A stretch of 64,000 nucleotides of DNA, from NCBI GenBank assembly GCA_050951805.1, contig JBMNJT010000002.1:352001-416000 (forward strand), read 5' to 3'. Positions 60,751 through 64,000 of this stretch are shown here, piece by piece. Below the pieces are notes generated by a model. It searched no databases, had not been told where the DNA came from, and saw only the letters and a list, made by a program, of their open reading frames with translations. Every line of letters starts with the position of its first letter. The first letter of the stretch is position 1. Both the position numbers and the translations under genes were made by a program. The stretch comes from Bacillota bacterium (GTDB lineage Bacteria > Bacillota > DTU025).

Positions 60751-61119
60751 TTATGCCAATGGCTTCAGGTTGTCCGGCGGCCGCCAGCCCTCGGGGCTAT
60801 GGTACCTTTCGCCAAAAAGGCGGCTTGTCCTGAAGATGGCGTCATCGGATTCGGGTAGTTGCTTCGATGCCCCTTTGTAACTTTGTATCTCATCCCAATC
60901 CCCCAAGTTCAAACCGTATACCAGCAACTCCACGACGCCTGAACGAACGCTAGAGGGGAGAAAAGCAAAATAGTGGAAAAGCAGCGTTCTCCTGTCAGCT
61001 TCCAGCCGAAGCCCGAAGATGCTGATGATAACCTGATCGAAGTCGAGCCTGCGTACAGGAACGGGAGATAATGATAGTTCTCTTGCCGCTTTTATGACTT
61101 CGACGAAATGGTTGAGCAA
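60751..61119 (-). CDS. Hypothetical protein or gene remnant
   Basis: 122-aa ORF co-directional with the protease gene; no recognised motif and no RBS. Confidence 0.25.
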   Translation of the reverse strand: MLNHFVEVIKAARELSLSPVPVRRLDFDQVIISIFGLRLEADRRTLLFHYFAFLPSSVRSGVVELLVYGLNLGDWDEIQSYKGASKQLPESDDAIFRTSRLFGERYHSPEGWRPPDNLKPLA

Positions 61120-61147
61120 CCAACACCCAAGCAGCCAGAGAGCGTGA

Positions 61148-61996
61148 TTATTCGACGCTCACCTTTGTATTGTCCACGATGTTTTGTGCGAACCCGTGGT
61201 AGCCGCGTTCAAATTCATCGACAAGCGCAGGAATGCCGCCCTCTCTCCATCTTTTAGCGAGGAACAACATGCCTGCCATGCACGCGTATTTGTCATAATA
61301 GCTGCCGCACACGGCATCAAGCAGATATTGCTGCTGCCTTGGCGGATCGGTTTCTGCCAGAGCTAGTTTCAGCCGCGCAATGCTTTTTTTGTATACATTC
61401 CTGAGGGTTTCAGACTCCCAATCCACTTTATCGATGGGCGTGTAATTATAGGAAACCAAATGGGCGAACCCCTCATTGAATGCCATTGCGTCTATGCACA
61501 TGATATGATCAGCAGATTCCGAATCGGTTTCAATATCTGTGTAGATGGCACCGATACATACATGGCACAGTTCATGTGTGAGCAGGTTGCCGACTACATC
61601 AGATATGTTGTGCTTTCCCTCGTATCGCAGCCAGTTGGGAAGATCATAGACCACTTGAATGGCGCCGGAAGGATCCGAAAGAGCCAATGCATCATATATG
61701 TCGGGGAGGCCTACAACCATGTTGATCTTGGTTGCGTCAATGATGAGCCTCCAGCCGGAAAACAAAGCATCCCATACTTCCACGTTATTGGGAACAAACC
61801 CGTCAACAGCCTCTCTGATCTCCTGCGCAACGCGGCGAATCGCCGCACGGGCCTCCTCACTCTCATCAGGTGGGGTATATGCGGACTGGCCCTGGGGGAG
61901 AAATCTGTCGACCGTTTGGAATATCCAGTGTTCGCTGAACCTCTCAGTGGATTCTCCGCGAAGGTATGTGTCGAGTATTTCCGACCTAATCTGCAA
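61148..61996 (-). CDS. Putative Zn-dependent protease (DUF5700/DUF2268-like)
   Basis: HELCH zincin motif with downstream NEGFAH; AGGAGG RBS. Confidence 0.8.
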   Translation of the reverse strand: MQIRSEILDTYLRGESTERFSEHWIFQTVDRFLPQGQSAYTPPDESEEARAAIRRVAQEIREAVDGFVPNNVEVWDALFSGWRLIIDATKINMVVGLPDIYDALALSDPSGAIQVVYDLPNWLRYEGKHNISDVVGNLLTHELCHVCIGAIYTDIETDSESADHIMCIDAMAFNEGFAHLVSYNYTPIDKVDWESETLRNVYKKSIARLKLALAETDPPRQQQYLLDAVCGSYYDKYACMAGMLFLAKRWREGGIPALVDEFERGYHGFAQNIVDNTKVSVE

Positions 61997-62051
61997 ATAG
62001 AGGACCTCCTATCCGCATCGGTTCTTCGTCGGATAGTATTTAATTTATCGC

Positions 62052-62078
62052 ATTCGCCATTTGCCACACAATTCCTTG
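62052..62078 (-). promoter_or_regulatory. Sigma-H-like promoter
   Basis: CAAGGAATT-N12-GCGAAT upstream of the protease gene. Confidence 0.5.
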
Positions 62079-62778
62079 CCCACTACCGTGTTCGATCGGT
62101 CCTCAGATCGTGTGCAAGGTAAGCTATGGGGAGGCTTGCCTAGTCCGCCTATCGCAGCTATCCTTTGGCTCACATTTCGCCTTCAAATTGATGCTGCTCA
62201 ATACTCGGCCAAACAGTGTGCCGTGGGGCCCGGAGCTGAAGAAGAGGCAAGCTTCGTGGGCCTACTATAGAGATTCCGCGGTTGGCCGATGACCGCTGTC
62301 GTGCTAATGCCAGACGCCTTGGGCGCTGAATACGCACGTAGGTTATATCCCTGTCAAGTGCTCAATAACTGGGATTTCAACTGCCTTCATCCTCAATTCT
62401 GTAGGCTTTAGTTCGCGCAAGTATACTCAAATGAGGATTTTGTCTCCGGTCGCTGCGAATGGCTTGAGACCTAACAGGCTTCAACCAGGCTTTGGAGAAC
62501 ATCGTCGCGCGTGGTCTCTAGCGACTCTGATCTGCTATCGATCATGTGAAGAGGAGGGCGTCGGGATTCATGGAACCTACAGTCCCTTCTGGCGCAAAGC
62601 TTGACAGGGCGAAGGTGTTTGGGGCTGCAACATTCTCTTGTCTCGCGTGCTGATCGAATCTGTCCTAGTCCACGGCGAGCACGGAGCATGCAGCAAATAT
62701 CAATTCCAAGCCTTCGCCAAAGCTCGAGAATAAGTTATTCCGATAAAGACATACAATGCAAATAAATTTTCCTAATCG

Positions 62779-62805
62779 GAAGGATTTCCCGCATGGAGGC
62801 CGAAT
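62779..62805 (+). promoter_or_regulatory. Sigma-H-like promoter upstream of the ABC binding-protein leader
   Basis: GAAGGATTT-N12-CCGAAT after an AT-rich tract. Confidence 0.4.
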
Positions 62806-62849
62806 TGGTATTACTGGATTGACCCGATTAGGCGTAGCAAATGCTGTCA

Positions 62850-62879
62850 GTTACCCCCGCGCGGGCGGGGGATGTACCG
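62850..62879 (+). repeat. Solitary type I-E CRISPR-repeat-like element
   Basis: GTTACCCCCGCGCGGGCGGGGGATGTACCG: 7-bp stem, 4-nt loop and 8-nt ATGTACCG tail; single copy. Confidence 0.5.
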
Positions 62880-63001
62880 AGACGTTATCAAGCGGAAACT
62901 TGCTCGGAAGGGACTGATGCGATGCGAAGGGATGCTGTGTCTGAGATGTCATGGATAACCCAGGTTCTTAGCTAATACCTTAACATAAGGAGGGTCTTTC
63001 A

Positions 63002-64000
63002 ATGAGACGTCGTCTTTGGTTGGTTGTCGTTCTCTGCTTGCTGATGACCACCCCGGCGCTGGCTGCACCTTATGTCGAGAAAGAAGATCTCACACCTTCA
63101 ACAAAGCCAGTCCGCGGAGGCACACTCCGTCTCGCGCTCCCGGCTTCCCCGCAATCGTTCCTGTTCTACGGGGCGCTCGACAACAACGCCTACACCGTCA
63201 TCGGTCAGACCATGACCGGACTTGTCGAATTGCATCCTGTAACAAACGCCATCAGGCCGGGTCTGGCCGAATCGTGGGAAACTTCTCCCGACGGAAAAGA
63301 AGTCATCTTCCACCTAAGAGACGTGAAATGGTCTGACGGAGCTTCCTTTACCGCCGATGATGTCATCTTTACCTTTGAAAACTTCATCATGAACCCGGTG
63401 GCCAAGGGTAATTCTGCCGACAGGTTCACCATCGTGGATGTAACTGACGGGAAGAAGAAACCTGTCCAGTGGGTCAAGATCGACAACAGGACAGTCAAGG
63501 CGGTTCTTCCGTCGCCATTCGGGCCGTTTTACATGAATCTTTCCCATGCTTACATCTACCCCAAGCACAAACTTGAGAGCAAGATCGACAAGAAGAGGCC
63601 CGACTCAGTCAATGAGCTGTGGCTTACAAACGTCAATCCCAAGGAGATAGTGGCCAACGGCCCATACAGAATCGCAAGCTACGTAATGGATCAGAAAGTC
63701 GTCCTAGAGAGGAACCCAAACTACTGGAAGGTAGACAGGTTCGGAAACCAGCTCCCATACTTCGATAAGCTGGAGTATCTGATCATCAAGGATGACGAAG
63801 TGAGGCTCGCCAAGTTCATGTCGGGCGAGATCGATTACATGGCGGTTTCGGCCAAAGACTTCCCCGTACTGAAGGGGAAAGAGCGGGCAGGGGCACCCTT
63901 TACCGTTTACATGGCCCAGCCCACGCAGCCGACGCCCAGCCCAGTCCATATCTCCTTCAACTACGATGTGGAGGACCGCAACCTCAGGACGCTCTTCACC
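63002..64000 (+). CDS. Family-5 (OppA/DppA-like) ABC substrate-binding protein, 3'-truncated
   Basis: Absent from the ORF track because it has no stop in the window. AAGGAGG RBS, MRRRLWLVVVLCLLMTTPALA signal, RGGTLR, PGLAESWETSPDGK, KWSDG..FTADDVIFT, NGPY, LERNPNYW, NQLPYFDK. Confidence 0.92.
   Translation, partial: MRRRLWLVVVLCLLMTTPALAAPYVEKEDLTPSTKPVRGGTLRLALPASPQSFLFYGALDNNAYTVIGQTMTGLVELHPVTNAIRPGLAESWETSPDGKEVIFHLRDVKWSDGASFTADDVIFTFENFIMNPVAKGNSADRFTIVDVTDGKKKPVQWVKIDNRTVKAVLPSPFGPFYMNLSHAYIYPKHKLESKIDKKRPDSVNELWLTNVNPKEIVANGPYRIASYVMDQKVVLERNPNYWKVDRFGNQLPYFDKLEYLIIKDDEVRLAKFMSGEIDYMAVSAKDFPVLKGKERAGAPFTVYMAQPTQPTPSPVHISFNYDVEDRNLRTLFT

Noticed and set aside
62850-62940. CRISPR array
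   Set aside because: Only one convincing repeat; the second is too degenerate and no cas genes are present.

Overview
64 kb window from a moderately GC-rich bacterium, probably Bacillota (AddAB, GGAGG Shine-Dalgarno sites, sigma-H-like promoters); one beta-barrel-like protein hints at a diderm lineage. Left (1-12 kb): addB(partial)-addA, a livKHMGF ABC operon on the minus strand and an NSS-family symporter. 12-17.8 kb: small exported or lipoprotein genes and pseudogene debris, including a 51-bp direct repeat. 17.9-52.5 kb: a ~35 kb defence island with no visible integrase. It holds a translationally coupled YprA-family helicase-nuclease / SNF2 ATPase / N6-adenine methyltransferase triad (DISARM-related, ARMADA-like), stand-alone PIN and DUF3644 (HEPN-like) genes, a DruH-DruE-like pair (Druantia type III-like), ankyrin and TPR-like genes, an HNH nuclease, a decayed McrBC-like pair and an XRE-ImmA/IrrE gene with a frameshifted PIN partner. 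Right: GNAT, SDR, a cobalamin riboswitch ahead of sucC-sucD-AAE-family transporter (candidate B12-starvation succinate overflow operon), an exported SAM-hydrolase-C-terminal/Cys-phosphatase fusion, a putative Zn protease, a solitary type I-E CRISPR-repeat-like hairpin and a truncated family-5 ABC binding protein. All calls come from motif recognition by eye; no database searches were run.
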